NCBI GenBank assembly: GCA_965248535.1
Contig: CBDFJR010000002.1
Location: 256,001 to 320,000 of the forward strand
Source: Phormidesmis sp.
GTDB taxonomy: Bacteria > Cyanobacteriota > Cyanobacteriia > Leptolyngbyales > Leptolyngbyaceae
Direction: 5' to 3'
Length of the DNA: 64,000 nucleotides
Part shown: positions 20,675-32,094 of the stretch, piece by piece
How positions within the stretch are numbered: position 1 is the first letter of the stretch
Layout of the letters: every line of letters starts with the position of its first letter
Notes under the pieces: generated by a model
The model's database searches: none
What the model was told of the DNA's origin: nothing
What the model saw: only the letters and a program-made list of their open reading frames with translations
Made by a program: the position numbers and the translations under genes

Positions 20675-21922
20675 CTATGGATTGAGGATTTTAGAAACCG
20701 TCAGCACGTCTTTGTCGCCGCGACCAGAGCAATTGATCACAATCCGAGGGCTGCCCGTCAGTTGCGGACAGAGGGTATCGAGATAAGCGATCGCGTGGGC
20801 CGTCTCCAAGGCAGGAATAATCCCTTCTAGCTGCGACAACTGTTGGAAGGCATCCAACGCTTGCTGATCGGTGACAGCGTAATACTCGGCGCGTCCGAGT
20901 TCCATTAAAAAGCTGTGTTCGGGGCCGACTCCGGGATAGTCTAACCCGGCGCTGACCGAGTGTGGCTCAATCACCTGACCATCTTCGTCTTGCAGCAGAT
21001 AGCTCATTGCGCCGTGCAAAACGCCGACTCGTCCTTTGGTCAAGGTGGCAGCGTGTTTTTCGGTTTCGACTCCGTGACCTGCCGCTTCGACCCCGATTAG
21101 ACGAACGGTTGGCTCGTCAATAAACTCGTGGAAAAGCCCGATCGCATTCGACCCACCGCCCACGCAGGCTAGCAAAATATCCGGTAAGCCGCCCCACTTT
21201 TCTTGAGCCTGAACGCGAGTCTCTTGACCAATCACCGCATGAAAATCGCGCACCATCATCGGGTAAGGATGCGGGCCCGCGACCGAACCGAGAATGTAGT
21301 GCGTCGTCTCGACATTCGTTACCCAGTCGCGGATCGCTTCAGAACACGCATCTTTGAGGGTGCCTGTGCCAGAGGCAACGGGGCAGACTTCGGCCCCCAT
21401 CAGCCGCATCCGAAAGACGTTGAGCGATTGCCGCTCCATATCGTGCACACCCATGTAAATGATGCACTTTAGCCCAAATCGGGCGCAGACGGTGGCGGTG
21501 GCTACGCCGTGCTGTCCGGCTCCGGTTTCGGCAATCACGCGCTGTTTGCCCATGCGTTTGGCGAGTAGGGCTTGGGCCAGGGCGTTATTGATTTTGTGTG
21601 CGCCCGTGTGGTTTAAATCTTCTCGCTTGAGATAAATTTGGGCCCCTGTGCCGTCGGGTCGAGCATAGTGTTCAGTCAGGCGCTCTGCAAAATAAAGCGG
21701 ACTGGGGCGACCGACATAATCGCGTAAAAGCCCCTGAAGCTCTTGCTGGAAGTCGGGGTCGTTGCGATAGTGCTGATAGGCGGCTTCTAGCTCAAATAGA
21801 GCAGGCATCAAGGTTTCGGGGACATACTTCCCGCCAAACTTGCCAAATCTTCCGAGAGAGTCGGGGCGGTTTTGGGGTGAAGAATCTGTTTGGAGACTGC
21901 GAGGCAGCGGTGTAGTTGTCAC
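20675..21922 (-). CDS. trpB: Tryptophan synthase beta chain
   Basis: [62 protein letters not shown]; probable GTG start at 21922. Confidence 0.98.
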   Translation of the reverse strand: MTTTPLPRSLQTDSSPQNRPDSLGRFGKFGGKYVPETLMPALFELEAAYQHYRNDPDFQQELQGLLRDYVGRPSPLYFAERLTEHYARPDGTGAQIYLKREDLNHTGAHKINNALAQALLAKRMGKQRVIAETGAGQHGVATATVCARFGLKCIIYMGVHDMERQSLNVFRMRLMGAEVCPVASGTGTLKDACSEAIRDWVTNVETTHYILGSVAGPHPYPMMVRDFHAVIGQETRVQAQEKWGGLPDILLACVGGGSNAIGLFHEFIDEPTVRLIGVEAAGHGVETEKHAATLTKGRVGVLHGAMSYLLQDEDGQVIEPHSVSAGLDYPGVGPEHSFLMELGRAEYYAVTDQQALDAFQQLSQLEGIIPALETAHAIAYLDTLCPQLTGSPRIVINCSGRGDKDVLTVSKILNP

Positions 21923-21986
21923 GATCGCTAGATGAGTGTAGAGGACAGCCTCTATTATAAAGGTCGGACGTTTTCCTAGTTTCACT

Positions 21987-22352
21987 ATGGCCGTTTCAAA
22001 GCGCAAATCTTCTCAGTCTGGTGACGCTGCCAAAGATAAAACTGTTTATTCGGAGTTTGGCAACAGCCACTCAGAGGCGTTGCAGCGCGGGGTTCCTGAC
22101 TTGCCGCCCAATCAGCAAAATTTGAGAGTGCAGGTGTCTCGCAAAGGTCGTGGCGGCAAAACCGTGACGGTGATTACGGGGTTTCAAGGAAAAGCCGAAA
22201 CTTTGGCCGATCTGCTCAAAAAGCTCAAAAGTCAGTGTGGGACGGGCGGCACCGTCAGAGAAGAGACTTTGGAGATTCAGGGTGATCATGCTCAAAAGCT
22301 GCTGCAAATTTTGGTGCAGTTGGGCTATAAAGCCAAGATTAGCGGTGGGTGA
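21987..22352 (+). CDS. Translation initiation factor SUI1/YciH family
   Basis: [27 protein letters not shown]. Confidence 0.92.
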   Translation: MAVSKRKSSQSGDAAKDKTVYSEFGNSHSEALQRGVPDLPPNQQNLRVQVSRKGRGGKTVTVITGFQGKAETLADLLKKLKSQCGTGGTVREETLEIQGDHAQKLLQILVQLGYKAKISGG

Positions 22353-22455
22353 CGATCGCTAGAGCGTAGGAAGGCTCCTACAGAGATCGTGACGATTTGG
22401 AATTCTCGTCAAGACTGCTGTAACCTTCACAACAAAGTCGCTTTTCAGTATTGAA

Positions 22456-24252
22456 ATGTTAAATCGCGATCGCTGGCAGTTTCGTGGGATCTGTTTTTTA
22501 GTTTTTTTGGGGGTGGCGATCGGGGTGATTGGCTCAGGAGTTCCACTCGCCACGGCTCAAACTCGGTTTTCTGATATTCAAGGTCATTGGGCGCAACCCT
22601 GCATTGAGGGGTTGACTCAACAGAAGATTATTAATGGCTATTCGGACGGGACATTTCGCCCTGACAATTCTGTGACTCGTGCGGAATATGCAACGTTACT
22701 GGTCACTGCTTTTCCGGGAGTGGTGAATGCGACGATTTCGAGTAGAGGTCTTCAGTTTCGGGATGTTCCTAGCGGGTTTTGGGCGGCGGGCGCGATCGGG
22801 CAAGCCACAACGGCAAACTTTTTTTCTGGCTACCCTGATAAGACGTTTCGACCTAATCAACCGATTCCGCGAGTGCAGGCGCTAGCAGCGTTGGCGAGTG
22901 GTTTGGGATATGTCCCTAAGAAGCCTATTGCCCAGACGTTGGGGCTTTTTAAGGATGCTCAGAGCATTCCAGATTATGCCAAAAGCGCGATCGCTGGGGC
23001 AACTGAGCAGCGCATCGTGGTCAACTATCCCAACGTTGACCAATTGAACTCTGATCAGCCTGCTACACGGGGAGAAACGGCGGCTTTTTTGTGTCGAGCG
23101 TTGCCGAATTTAGCGGCTTTGGTGCCCGATCGCTCTGTAGCCGGAACGCCAAAACCCCAACTGAGCGAGATTCGCGGGGTTTGGTTGACGAATATTGACA
23201 GTGATGTGATGTTTAGCCGCGATCGTCTCACCAAAACCGTCCAAGAATTGGCAGATGCCCATCTCAACACGCTCTATCCGGCAGTGTGGAATTGGGGCTA
23301 CACGCTCTATCCCAGTGCGACGGCCAAACAAGCGATCGGGGTTGCCTACGATCCGCGACCCGAAGCGGTGGGGTTGACCGATCGCGATATGCTCAAAGAA
23401 TTTGTCGAACAGGGACACCAACATAAACTAAGTGTGATTCCGTGGTTTGAGTTTGGGTTTATGGCTCCTGCCGACTCAGAGCTAGCGCGGCTTCACCCTA
23501 GTTGGTTGACGCAGCGATCGGACAAAACCCAGGTCTGGCAAGAAGGCAAATATCCGCGAGTGTGGCTCAACCCGTTTAAGCCAGAGGTGCAAAACTTCAT
23601 TACTGATTTGATTTTAGAACTCGTTAATAACTACGATATCGATGGTATTCAGTTTGATGATCATTTTGGATTGCCCTTTGAGTTTGGCTACGATGATTTT
23701 ACAGTGGCGCTTTATCAAAAAGAAAATGCTGGGAAATCTCCGCCAGTCAATGCTCAAGATCCAGCGTGGACAAAGTGGAGAGCCGATAAAATTACGGCGT
23801 TTATGACCCAGATTTTTCAGTCGATTAAAGCCCGAAAGCATCAGGTTTTGATTTCTCTATCACCCAATAATTACGATTTTTCTTACACCCACTCGCTGCA
23901 AGATTGGCGCACCTGGGAGCAAACCGGACTGCTAGAAGAGTTGGTTTTGCAAGTCTACGGAGACAATCTCAAAGGGTTTGCCGACGAATTGATGCGCCCC
24001 GAAGTGCAGGCAGCCCGATCGCACATTCCTACCGGAGTCGGCATTTTGACGGGATTGAAAGATCGCCCGGTGGCCTTTCAACAGATTCACGATCAGGTGC
24101 AAATCGTGCGCGATCGCCAATTTGCCGGAGTCTCTTTTTTCTTCTATGAGACGATGTGGAACTTGTCGGGCGAGACCGTCAGCGATCGCCGTTCTGCTTT
24201 TACAACTTTATTTTCTGTGCCGCTCGATCGCCCCAAATTTCCGGCTGATTAA
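22456..24252 (+). CDS. Secreted SLH-domain protein with GHL10-like glycoside hydrolase domain
   Basis: Signal peptide; SLH repeats (FSDIQGHWA..GYSDGTFRPDNSVTRAE; FRDVP..FWA..GYPDKTFRPN); EIRGVWLTN, PWFEFG, WLNP, DGIQFDDHF. Confidence 0.9.
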   Translation: MLNRDRWQFRGICFLVFLGVAIGVIGSGVPLATAQTRFSDIQGHWAQPCIEGLTQQKIINGYSDGTFRPDNSVTRAEYATLLVTAFPGVVNATISSRGLQFRDVPSGFWAAGAIGQATTANFFSGYPDKTFRPNQPIPRVQALAALASGLGYVPKKPIAQTLGLFKDAQSIPDYAKSAIAGATEQRIVVNYPNVDQLNSDQPATRGETAAFLCRALPNLAALVPDRSVAGTPKPQLSEIRGVWLTNIDSDVMFSRDRLTKTVQELADAHLNTLYPAVWNWGYTLYPSATAKQAIGVAYDPRPEAVGLTDRDMLKEFVEQGHQHKLSVIPWFEFGFMAPADSELARLHPSWLTQRSDKTQVWQEGKYPRVWLNPFKPEVQNFITDLILELVNNYDIDGIQFDDHFGLPFEFGYDDFTVALYQKENAGKSPPVNAQDPAWTKWRADKITAFMTQIFQSIKARKHQVLISLSPNNYDFSYTHSLQDWRTWEQTGLLEELVLQVYGDNLKGFADELMRPEVQAARSHIPTGVGILTGLKDRPVAFQQIHDQVQIVRDRQFAGVSFFFYETMWNLSGETVSDRRSAFTTLFSVPLDRPKFPAD

Positions 24253-24329
24253 GGAGTTTTGAGAAATCTATCCTCCCAGCACTGAATTTGTCTCTAAAAT
24301 CGATGCAGTATTCGGGAGTTACCTTCGTC

Positions 24330-25910
24330 ATGACCGCAGCCACCCCCTCTAGCACCCGCACCTATGACATAATTTGCTTTGGAGATGAAGTCCCCGGACT
24401 GTTGGCGATCGTCAGCGCTGCTAGAGAGTTTCGGCGGCGAATTGGCAAAAACCCGCGAACGCTGGTGATGTTTAAGGGCAACTCACCCGATGGGATAGGC
24501 GGGCATTTAGTCAGAGGCGGACTGTCTTATTTAGATCGAACTCACGTCCCAGACGACCTGCGCAGCAAACTAGGGCTGTCGATATTTGGCGACCCCGTGA
24601 CGTTGTATAAAGAATTTTTGCAGCGATCGGGCGTGGCCGAAATCGCCCTCGACCCTAACAAAGCCGATGCTGCCCTGCGATCGCTGTTGAGCGAAGCAGG
24701 CAGCGACATTATTAGCCGCATTGAGATTCAATCGGTGATCAAAAACGGTGCAAAAATTGCCGGAATTTTGCTAGATAACGGCACCACGTTTTTAGCCCGA
24801 CAGTTTATCGATTGCACCGTGAATGCAGAATTGGCACAGGCGGCAGGGGCAAAGAAGCTTCAGGGCTTTGGCACCTTTAGACTACCCGAATCAGAACTGC
24901 CCGTGACCCTGACCTTTGTCACCGAAGGGCTAACGATCGCTCGACTGCAACAGGTCGAGTTAGCCTACTTAAAACGTTTGACTAACCCCAACGATGCCGA
25001 AGCGCAAAATTTTATCAAGATTGCAAGTGGTTCTGATCCGGCTCTGATGTCCTGGTTCAAAAAAGATTTGATTGACGAAAGGGGCGATTTGAAAACAATG
25101 CACGTCGGCTTTGATCACATCGATATTCGCTGCAAAGCGCTGTCGATCGTCTATCACGCTTTTCGAGGCAAACGGTTTTCACTATCTACGAGTGGGGCCA
25201 TTTTTGACACCGCTAATATTGCGATTTTGTCAGGCGGCAGACTGTCTTGGAATGCGCTGCTGTGCAATGTCACGGGTTCTCAAGCTGACGCGATCGCTCG
25301 ATCGGCTGCCAAGCCAACTCCTGAGATTCTAGAAGAAATGACCTTTGTCGATCGCTTCATGAAGAGTCTGGGCGCTGCCACCATTCGACCTGCCAAAGAG
25401 CTTTATATTCGTCATGCCGGAAACGTCACGGAGGTGGTTGAGCCTCTGAGCGGTGCTCGAATGCTTGAAGGCGGCACGTTTAAAGATGAAGCGATCGGCA
25501 CCTTTGGCTATCCGCTTGATGTGCGGGGCGGCATTGAGGGGCTGGGTCTTAAAGCCTCTGCCAAGGGGTTTTCGAGCGTGGGCTTCCATAAACCGCCGCT
25601 TTTTAATGTGGGCATTCGTCATGCGCTGCTTAAATCAGTGCCTAATCTGGCGGTGGTTAGCCCTGCGTCTGGCTTTGACGGCTATGCTTGCGCGGCTGGC
25701 AGAATTGTAGAGTTTAATGTGGCCGTCGGGCAGGGTGTGGGAATTGCCACCGCGCTAGCGACAACCAGCGATCGAGATTTAGCGACGATTGCTAATCTTG
25801 AAGTTAGGCAAGTGCTGAAAGCAACCCGACAGGAATCTGTGATCTATGGCAGAAGCTACACCCTTGAAGCGACCAACCTACGAGACTTTGAGACGAGTAT
25901 GATGGCTTAG
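24330..25910 (+). CDS. FAD-dependent oxidoreductase
   Basis: YDIICFGDEVPG, IGGHLVRGGL, FIDCTVNAELA, LYIRH, PNLAVV, GRIVE.N...GQ..GIA. Confidence 0.8.
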   Translation: MTAATPSSTRTYDIICFGDEVPGLLAIVSAAREFRRRIGKNPRTLVMFKGNSPDGIGGHLVRGGLSYLDRTHVPDDLRSKLGLSIFGDPVTLYKEFLQRSGVAEIALDPNKADAALRSLLSEAGSDIISRIEIQSVIKNGAKIAGILLDNGTTFLARQFIDCTVNAELAQAAGAKKLQGFGTFRLPESELPVTLTFVTEGLTIARLQQVELAYLKRLTNPNDAEAQNFIKIASGSDPALMSWFKKDLIDERGDLKTMHVGFDHIDIRCKALSIVYHAFRGKRFSLSTSGAIFDTANIAILSGGRLSWNALLCNVTGSQADAIARSAAKPTPEILEEMTFVDRFMKSLGAATIRPAKELYIRHAGNVTEVVEPLSGARMLEGGTFKDEAIGTFGYPLDVRGGIEGLGLKASAKGFSSVGFHKPPLFNVGIRHALLKSVPNLAVVSPASGFDGYACAAGRIVEFNVAVGQGVGIATALATTSDRDLATIANLEVRQVLKATRQESVIYGRSYTLEATNLRDFETSMMA

Positions 25911-26129
25911 ATTGACCAATCTCCATAAAGGAGCGAGAGGTTTCTCAGAAAACCTACGCAACTGCTCTGTGTTTTCACGGGGATTGTTCATCAATGCTTT
26001 AAGTTGTTTTAGCGATCGCTCGATAATTTCCGACAAAGACGGGATAAATAAGTAAGTGGAAAAAACTAACCCTGAGATCCTCTCTCATCAATAAGGGGCA
26101 AACGATTCAAGGTCTCTTTAAACTCTCGT

Positions 26130-27950
26130 ATGTCTCCTAACAAACTGCTCCTAAAATTCGCCCTTCGGCACCCGATTTGGGTGGCTCTGACGATCGTTCT
26201 AGGATTTTCAGGAGCGCTGTTTAATGGGATTAGCACCGTTCTTATCGTTCCTGTAATTTTGGGGTTTTTGGGGCAAGAGGTCAGTCTCAAAGGCGCACCT
26301 CCAGTTCTGCAACCAATCTTTTCAGTCTTGAGCGGGGGAAGCCACTCAAATCTATGGCTAATGGGCGTGATCTTGGTCGCGATCGTTCTCAAAAATATCA
26401 CCACTTATGTCAGCACGTTAGCCTCAAGTCACCTGTCGCGATCGCTGGTCAACGAGATTCGTCAAGCCGCGCTGAAACTATTGTTAGAGGTCGATTTAGA
26501 GTTTTACGCTAAGACCAAAGTGGGGGACTTGATCAATCGGCTGGGGGGCGAGGTTGGGCTGGCGGCCAATGCAATTCGGTCGGCGATTCAGCTAGTCACC
26601 ACTGCGATTACGATTTTAGTCTTTGTTGCGTTGCTGCTGGCGATCTCATGGCAGTTAACGATCGTATCAACAGCGCTGTTAGCTTTTGTCTCTGTTGCCA
26701 ATCACTACTTTGTGATTAGGGCGAAAAAATTTGGACAACAGTTATCTGACTCGTCTCGCGATTATTCCATCCGGTTATTAGAAATACTAAACGGAATGCG
26801 ATTGGTTAAAGCTACGGGCAACGAGTTGCGAGAATATCAGCAAATCGAAAACCTGATTCACGATCGTGAGCAAGCCGAGTTTAAATCTCAAGCCAACACG
26901 GCTCTGATTGCACCTGTTAATGAGATGGCCGGAATTTTAACCGTGCTGGCGATCGTCATTCTCGGTCGGATGTTTTTTGCGACTCAGCTTGCTTCTCTAT
27001 CCACCGTGCTGCTAACTTACTTGCTGATTTTGTTTCGTCTCTTGCCGTTTGTGTCGCTGTTAAACAGCATTCGCGGCGGATTTGCAGGAGCGGCTCCGAG
27101 TGTTGCGGTGGTGCATGATTTTTTGCGTCGCGACAACAAGCCGTTTATGAAACCGGGGACGCAGCCTTATCAGCGCTTACAGTCGGGCATTCGGTTTGAG
27201 GGGCTGTCGTTTGCTTACCCTGGTCACGAGGGCTTGGTATTAGACCAAATTGATTTGTGGTTGCCTAAAGGCACGACGCTGGCGCTAGTCGGTTCGTCAG
27301 GGGCGGGCAAGTCCACGATCGCGGATCTGCTGCCCAGATTTTATGACCCCACTCGCGGACGGATTTTGATCGACGATCGTGACCTGCGGGATTTGGATGC
27401 GCGATCGCTGCGTCAGTCAATGGGCATCGTCAGTCAAGAGACATTTTTGTTTAACGACTCGGTGCGAAATAATATCGCGTATGCGTGCGAAAACGTCACC
27501 GATGAGCAGATTATCGAGGCAGCCAAACGCGCCAACGCTGACGAGTTTATCGGCAACTTACCCCAAGGGTTTGACACGGCGATCGGCGATCGTGGCGTGA
27601 TGTTATCGGGCGGGCAGCGGCAACGCCTGGCAATTGCTCGCGCTCTGCTGCGTGACCCCGATATTTTGATTCTTGACGAGGCGACAAGCGCGCTTGACAC
27701 CGTTTCTGAGCGGCTCGTGCAGCAAGCGCTGGATGAATTGAGCCGCGATCGCACGACGCTCGTGATTGCTCATCGGCTTTCGACGATTCAGAAAGCGGAT
27801 CAGATTGCGGTGTTGGATCAAGGGCGGGTGATCGAGGTAGGCACTCATGAGAACCTTTTGCAACAGCAGGGACTCTATGCCCGTCTCTATGCCATGCAGT
27901 TTTCAGACCATGAGCCGCCGATTTTTAATCAGCAAGCGATCGCAGACTAG
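26130..27950 (+). CDS. ABC exporter, fused permease/ATPase (HepA/MsbA-like)
   Basis: N-terminal TMD; GSSGAGKST, LSGGQRQR, ILDEATSALD, IAHRLST (all consensus). Confidence 0.93.
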   Translation: MSPNKLLLKFALRHPIWVALTIVLGFSGALFNGISTVLIVPVILGFLGQEVSLKGAPPVLQPIFSVLSGGSHSNLWLMGVILVAIVLKNITTYVSTLASSHLSRSLVNEIRQAALKLLLEVDLEFYAKTKVGDLINRLGGEVGLAANAIRSAIQLVTTAITILVFVALLLAISWQLTIVSTALLAFVSVANHYFVIRAKKFGQQLSDSSRDYSIRLLEILNGMRLVKATGNELREYQQIENLIHDREQAEFKSQANTALIAPVNEMAGILTVLAIVILGRMFFATQLASLSTVLLTYLLILFRLLPFVSLLNSIRGGFAGAAPSVAVVHDFLRRDNKPFMKPGTQPYQRLQSGIRFEGLSFAYPGHEGLVLDQIDLWLPKGTTLALVGSSGAGKSTIADLLPRFYDPTRGRILIDDRDLRDLDARSLRQSMGIVSQETFLFNDSVRNNIAYACENVTDEQIIEAAKRANADEFIGNLPQGFDTAIGDRGVMLSGGQRQRLAIARALLRDPDILILDEATSALDTVSERLVQQALDELSRDRTTLVIAHRLSTIQKADQIAVLDQGRVIEVGTHENLLQQQGLYARLYAMQFSDHEPPIFNQQAIAD

Positions 27951-27961
27951 AGGAGATTATT

Positions 27962-29173
27962 TTGAGAAAACACTATCTTTTCTTTTCAAATCATTTGTCC
28001 CTTAAGCCAGACACGGCTCATGAAATTCACGATGTTTTGTGTGCGAATGCTGCCGCAAATTTGGGTTATTCATCGGTGTTGACCTACCCCGATCAAACAT
28101 TAGGTAACTTTAACCCGATCGCCTGGATTTCTCCGTTTAAGCTACAAAAACCTGACCAAACATTTACAGAGTTTTATGATACTCAAAACCATTTGAAGAT
28201 TGCTCCGTTGCCGATGCCGTGGTTTAGCGATCGTCACGCTGGAAAATTCACAAACTCCAGCACGATCGTCTGTAAATATTATTTTCCGATTCACATTTTG
28301 CCAAAGACAAAGCTTGTTCATACTCGCAATTGGAACTTTGCTAAAGCTGCGGTTAGACATGAGATTCCGGTGATTTATGAATCTCATTATTATCAAGAAA
28401 CTCCCTTTGAACCAGAGATTGTTTCAAGTCCTTGGTTTCAAGTTGCGATTACCCAATCGCGTCTAACTCAAGAGAATTTGGTGCAGTGCGGGATGCCACC
28501 CAAAAAAGCAGTTGCACTTCATAACGGATTTGAGCGATCGTTCTTAATCAGGCAACCTCAAGAAGCTGAACACTGGCGACAGGAATTATTAAAAAATGGA
28601 CGCAATCAGCTAGTTGTTTATTCAGGAGCACTCTATCGATTTAAGGGCGTTGATCTGTTAATTGAGGTTGCTAAAAAACTGCCTAAAATTCAGTTTGTGG
28701 TGACGGGTGGAACAGACTCTCAAGTGCAGGATTATCGAGAGATATCCCAACACAAAGGCGTTGAAAATATCATCTTCTTAGGCTGGATTTTGCCCCGCCA
28801 ACGCCTAGTTAGCCTATTTCAAGCGGCTGATATTCTTGCTCACCCTCACTGTTCTGGTAAGGAAGCTGACTTTACCAATCCGGTTAAGTTTTTTCAATAT
28901 ATTGCATCAGGAACGCCGATCGTAGCCACCACGATCGCGCCTTTATTAGAATTCAAACTGCCTCACTTGGCGATGGATTGGTGTGAGCCAGATGATCCCA
29001 CGCAGTTCTCAGTTTGTCTGCAATCTGCGCTGAATCACTATCCTCGCAAGATAGAAGGCTATTTGGAAAATATTGAATTTGGACAACAGTTTTCTTGGGA
29101 AAATCGCATTGAAAAGATTTTGAGCTATGTGAATCCAAAAATGCGACCTACAGTCACAAATTTGAGCGAATAA
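27962..29173 (+). CDS. GT4 glycosyltransferase
   Basis: LHNG, YSGALYRFKGVD, ADILAHP, PVKFFQYIASGTPIV; AGGAG upstream of TTG. Confidence 0.88.
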   Translation: MRKHYLFFSNHLSLKPDTAHEIHDVLCANAAANLGYSSVLTYPDQTLGNFNPIAWISPFKLQKPDQTFTEFYDTQNHLKIAPLPMPWFSDRHAGKFTNSSTIVCKYYFPIHILPKTKLVHTRNWNFAKAAVRHEIPVIYESHYYQETPFEPEIVSSPWFQVAITQSRLTQENLVQCGMPPKKAVALHNGFERSFLIRQPQEAEHWRQELLKNGRNQLVVYSGALYRFKGVDLLIEVAKKLPKIQFVVTGGTDSQVQDYREISQHKGVENIIFLGWILPRQRLVSLFQAADILAHPHCSGKEADFTNPVKFFQYIASGTPIVATTIAPLLEFKLPHLAMDWCEPDDPTQFSVCLQSALNHYPRKIEGYLENIEFGQQFSWENRIEKILSYVNPKMRPTVTNLSE

Positions 29174-29199
29174 AAGCACTGGTTAAACAGATTAGATAG

Positions 29200-30171
29200 A
29201 TGACTAAAAAGATTGTTGGAATGATTAGCAGCTATTCAGGACTAAACCCCAGCCCTGTAGATTGGCTTTGGCAACAAACTCCCCATCCCTTTGGAGTTTG
29301 GAACCAGATTCAAATGTTAGCAAAGGCTAAAAAGCCAGATTTTTTGCTGCTTTATAACTTTAACTCTTTTCCAGAAGTGCCCCACAATACGAATTGGTTC
29401 AATGCACAACGCGAACAAAAGCGCTATGAAGAAGAGATACGATCGCTGCATGTTAAATTGCAGGGAATTCCTAAAGAGCGGACAATCTTTCTGATGCGAG
29501 AACCGCCGTTAGAAGAAATTTTACAGAAAAATATCGCCTTTTATGGAAAAGCAAAACCTTACTGTGGCTATATTTCTGGGCCTGATGATTTTGCGCCCAT
29601 TCCCGACTATATGCCTGCAATTTGGTACTTAACAAATCCGTTTCATGACTTAGCAGAATCGCCCATTCCAGAAAAGCAAAAGCTCTGTAGCTGGATCACA
29701 TCTGGCATTAATCGTACTGCCAACCATCGCCAGCGATTAGACTTTTTGAAACTACTGCGATCGAGTCATCTCGACATTGATTTCTATGGGCGAGACTTAC
29801 CCGATTGGGCAAGCTCAAAAGGTGCGATCGGAAACAAATGGTATGGCATGGCTCCTTACTATTACAACTTAGCGATCGAGAACTATGCTGACAACGATTG
29901 GTATGTCAGTGAAAAACTATGGGATTCCTTGCTGTCTTGGTGTTTGCCAATTTATTATGGAGGCTCTGCCGCCGATAGATTATTGCCTCCAGAAAGTTAT
30001 TTGCGGCTGCCCAGTCTAGATGAAAAAGGCTTGAACTACATTCGAGAAGTCACTGCCACACCCGATGCTTGGCATGAAGCAAAAGACGCGATCGCTGAAG
30101 CCAGGCAGATCATTCTACACAAACTAAACCTGATGGAATGGGTCTCGAACTTTTCTAAAAACTTTACATAA
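29200..30171 (+). CDS. GT10 (fucosyltransferase-like) family glycosyltransferase
   Basis: REPP, CSWITS, DFYGR, YYYNLAIEN...YVSEKLWD...LPIYYG. Confidence 0.8.
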   Translation: MTKKIVGMISSYSGLNPSPVDWLWQQTPHPFGVWNQIQMLAKAKKPDFLLLYNFNSFPEVPHNTNWFNAQREQKRYEEEIRSLHVKLQGIPKERTIFLMREPPLEEILQKNIAFYGKAKPYCGYISGPDDFAPIPDYMPAIWYLTNPFHDLAESPIPEKQKLCSWITSGINRTANHRQRLDFLKLLRSSHLDIDFYGRDLPDWASSKGAIGNKWYGMAPYYYNLAIENYADNDWYVSEKLWDSLLSWCLPIYYGGSAADRLLPPESYLRLPSLDEKGLNYIREVTATPDAWHEAKDAIAEARQIILHKLNLMEWVSNFSKNFT

Positions 30172-30176
30172 TTTCA

Positions 30177-31151
30177 ATGATGAAAAACGGTATTTATATC
30201 CTCGCTAATGATGTTGTTTACGATCAGCTTGTAGCATTATTAAACAGTATCGAAGTCAATGCAGGAGATTTATTTCCAATCTGCATTCTTCCTTACGACG
30301 ATCGGTTAGATAAAGTCCGTCAAGAGATTCAAGCGCGAGACAATGTTTTTCTATTTGAAGATCAACCCTGTCTCGATCGTTGGGAGGCTTTCGCCAAAGA
30401 AGTCTGGAAAACCCATCCTATTATTAACAGCACCTGGCAAAACAATGGTGAGTTAGAAGTTTATCGCTTGGGAATGCACCGCCGTTTTTGTGCCTTTGAA
30501 GGTGTATTTGAAAACTTCATTTATTTAGATGCAGATATTCTAGTTTTAAACTCATTGGAACCCATTTTTAATCAGCTTAGTCAATCAGATTGTGTGGTTT
30601 ATGATTTCCAACATAAAGATCCTGCCCATGTCTATAACGTAGGGTCGGAGAAGCTGTTAGAAACCTTCACGCAAGATCGGATTAGTTCCGAAATTTTTTG
30701 CGCTGGTTTATATGGGTCAAAACGGGGAATATTTAGCCAGGAAGCACTTAATCAACTGCTCAAAAACCTATCAGATGGAGAAGTAGACATCCTCTATCCA
30801 AGCGCTCCCGATCAAACGATCCTCAACTATATGATGATGCGATCGCAGCGCTCAATTTATAACTTTGCGTTAGAGCTACCTGCTGATCAAAGCACAGGCT
30901 GCTGTGTCACCTCGCCGCACTTTCAAGAAAGAGATTATTTACTGTACGATCGGGGCAATCGCCTAACTTACTTACATTACATTGGACTGGCATCTAGCTT
31001 GTTTAGCCAACTCTGTGCAGGCAAAGCCGTTGACTTTCCCTATCGAGATATTTTTCTGCACTACCGCTATTTGCATGAACCCGAAAATCGACCCATCTTA
31101 TCCAATCGTTTTATCAATCGAATTCTACGAAAACTTCAATTAGCAAGATAA
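30177..31151 (+). CDS. Putative GT-A fold sugar transferase (Npun_R2821/R2822-like family)
   Basis: GIYILAND, PYDD, FIYLDAD (DxD), DQTILNY, YLHYIG. Confidence 0.75.
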   Translation: MMKNGIYILANDVVYDQLVALLNSIEVNAGDLFPICILPYDDRLDKVRQEIQARDNVFLFEDQPCLDRWEAFAKEVWKTHPIINSTWQNNGELEVYRLGMHRRFCAFEGVFENFIYLDADILVLNSLEPIFNQLSQSDCVVYDFQHKDPAHVYNVGSEKLLETFTQDRISSEIFCAGLYGSKRGIFSQEALNQLLKNLSDGEVDILYPSAPDQTILNYMMMRSQRSIYNFALELPADQSTGCCVTSPHFQERDYLLYDRGNRLTYLHYIGLASSLFSQLCAGKAVDFPYRDIFLHYRYLHEPENRPILSNRFINRILRKLQLAR

Positions 31152-31159
31152 GGGATATT

Positions 31160-32068
31160 ATGACCAGTCGCGGCATTTATATTACTGCAAATGACAAAGT
31201 AACAGATCAGGCGATCGCCTTGATCAACAGCATTCGGGTTCATGATTTAGAAACCCCGATCGTGCTCATTCCCTATGATGACAACTATCACCAAGTTGCA
31301 GAGATTCTCAAACAACGGCATGGCGTGCGCGTTTATGAGGATCTAGAGTTCATCGATCGCTTGTCAAATCGATTACATGAAATCTTTGGCAGCGATTTTT
31401 TTGCGCGACCGAACCAATTTCGTAAACAAGCCTGTTGGTTTGGCGAATTTGATGAATTCCTATATATCGACACCGATATTGTGGTTTTTGAGAAACTCAT
31501 TGATAATCTAAACTATTTCTCTGAATACGACTTTCTCTCGTGTGACTATCAGCACTTGGGCGGCATTAATAATGTATTTACGCCTAAAGTAATCGATGAT
31601 GAAATCTTTACCCAAAACGAACTCAAAGACATTTTTAACGGCGGCTTTTGGGCCTCTAAAAAAGGCTTAATTTCTGAACAAGATCTCTACGACACCTTTG
31701 CCGACTGCGCGGCCCATCCTGACTATTTTGACTTTTCTCAAAAGACCTCCGATCAGCCGATCATTAATTACATGATTCTCAAACGCATTGCTCGACGGTT
31801 TAATATAATCCGTAGACCCAATGGCGCACCGGGTAACTGGGCAGGCAGTTCGCATTTTGGGGTAGATGGCGATCGCTTGATTGACCCCAGCGTTGACCAA
31901 CCCCTGCAATATCTGCACTGGGCGGGCATTCGCATTCAGCCCGGTTGCCCCTATTGGCAAATCTGGGAACATTATCGCTATCTTCACGAACCGAAGCCGC
32001 CCGAAACGCCACAAGTGGTTAAGAAATCGAGCATTTGGCAACAGTTTGTGAGCAAAATAAACCGTTAA
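31160..32068 (+). CDS. Putative GT-A fold sugar transferase, paralogue of the upstream gene
   Basis: GIYITAND, PYDD, FLYIDTD, FNGGF, DQPIINY, YLHWAG. Confidence 0.75.
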   Translation: MTSRGIYITANDKVTDQAIALINSIRVHDLETPIVLIPYDDNYHQVAEILKQRHGVRVYEDLEFIDRLSNRLHEIFGSDFFARPNQFRKQACWFGEFDEFLYIDTDIVVFEKLIDNLNYFSEYDFLSCDYQHLGGINNVFTPKVIDDEIFTQNELKDIFNGGFWASKKGLISEQDLYDTFADCAAHPDYFDFSQKTSDQPIINYMILKRIARRFNIIRRPNGAPGNWAGSSHFGVDGDRLIDPSVDQPLQYLHWAGIRIQPGCPYWQIWEHYRYLHEPKPPETPQVVKKSSIWQQFVSKINR

Positions 32069-32094
32069 GCAGCAACCATTTCACCAGAGAACGT

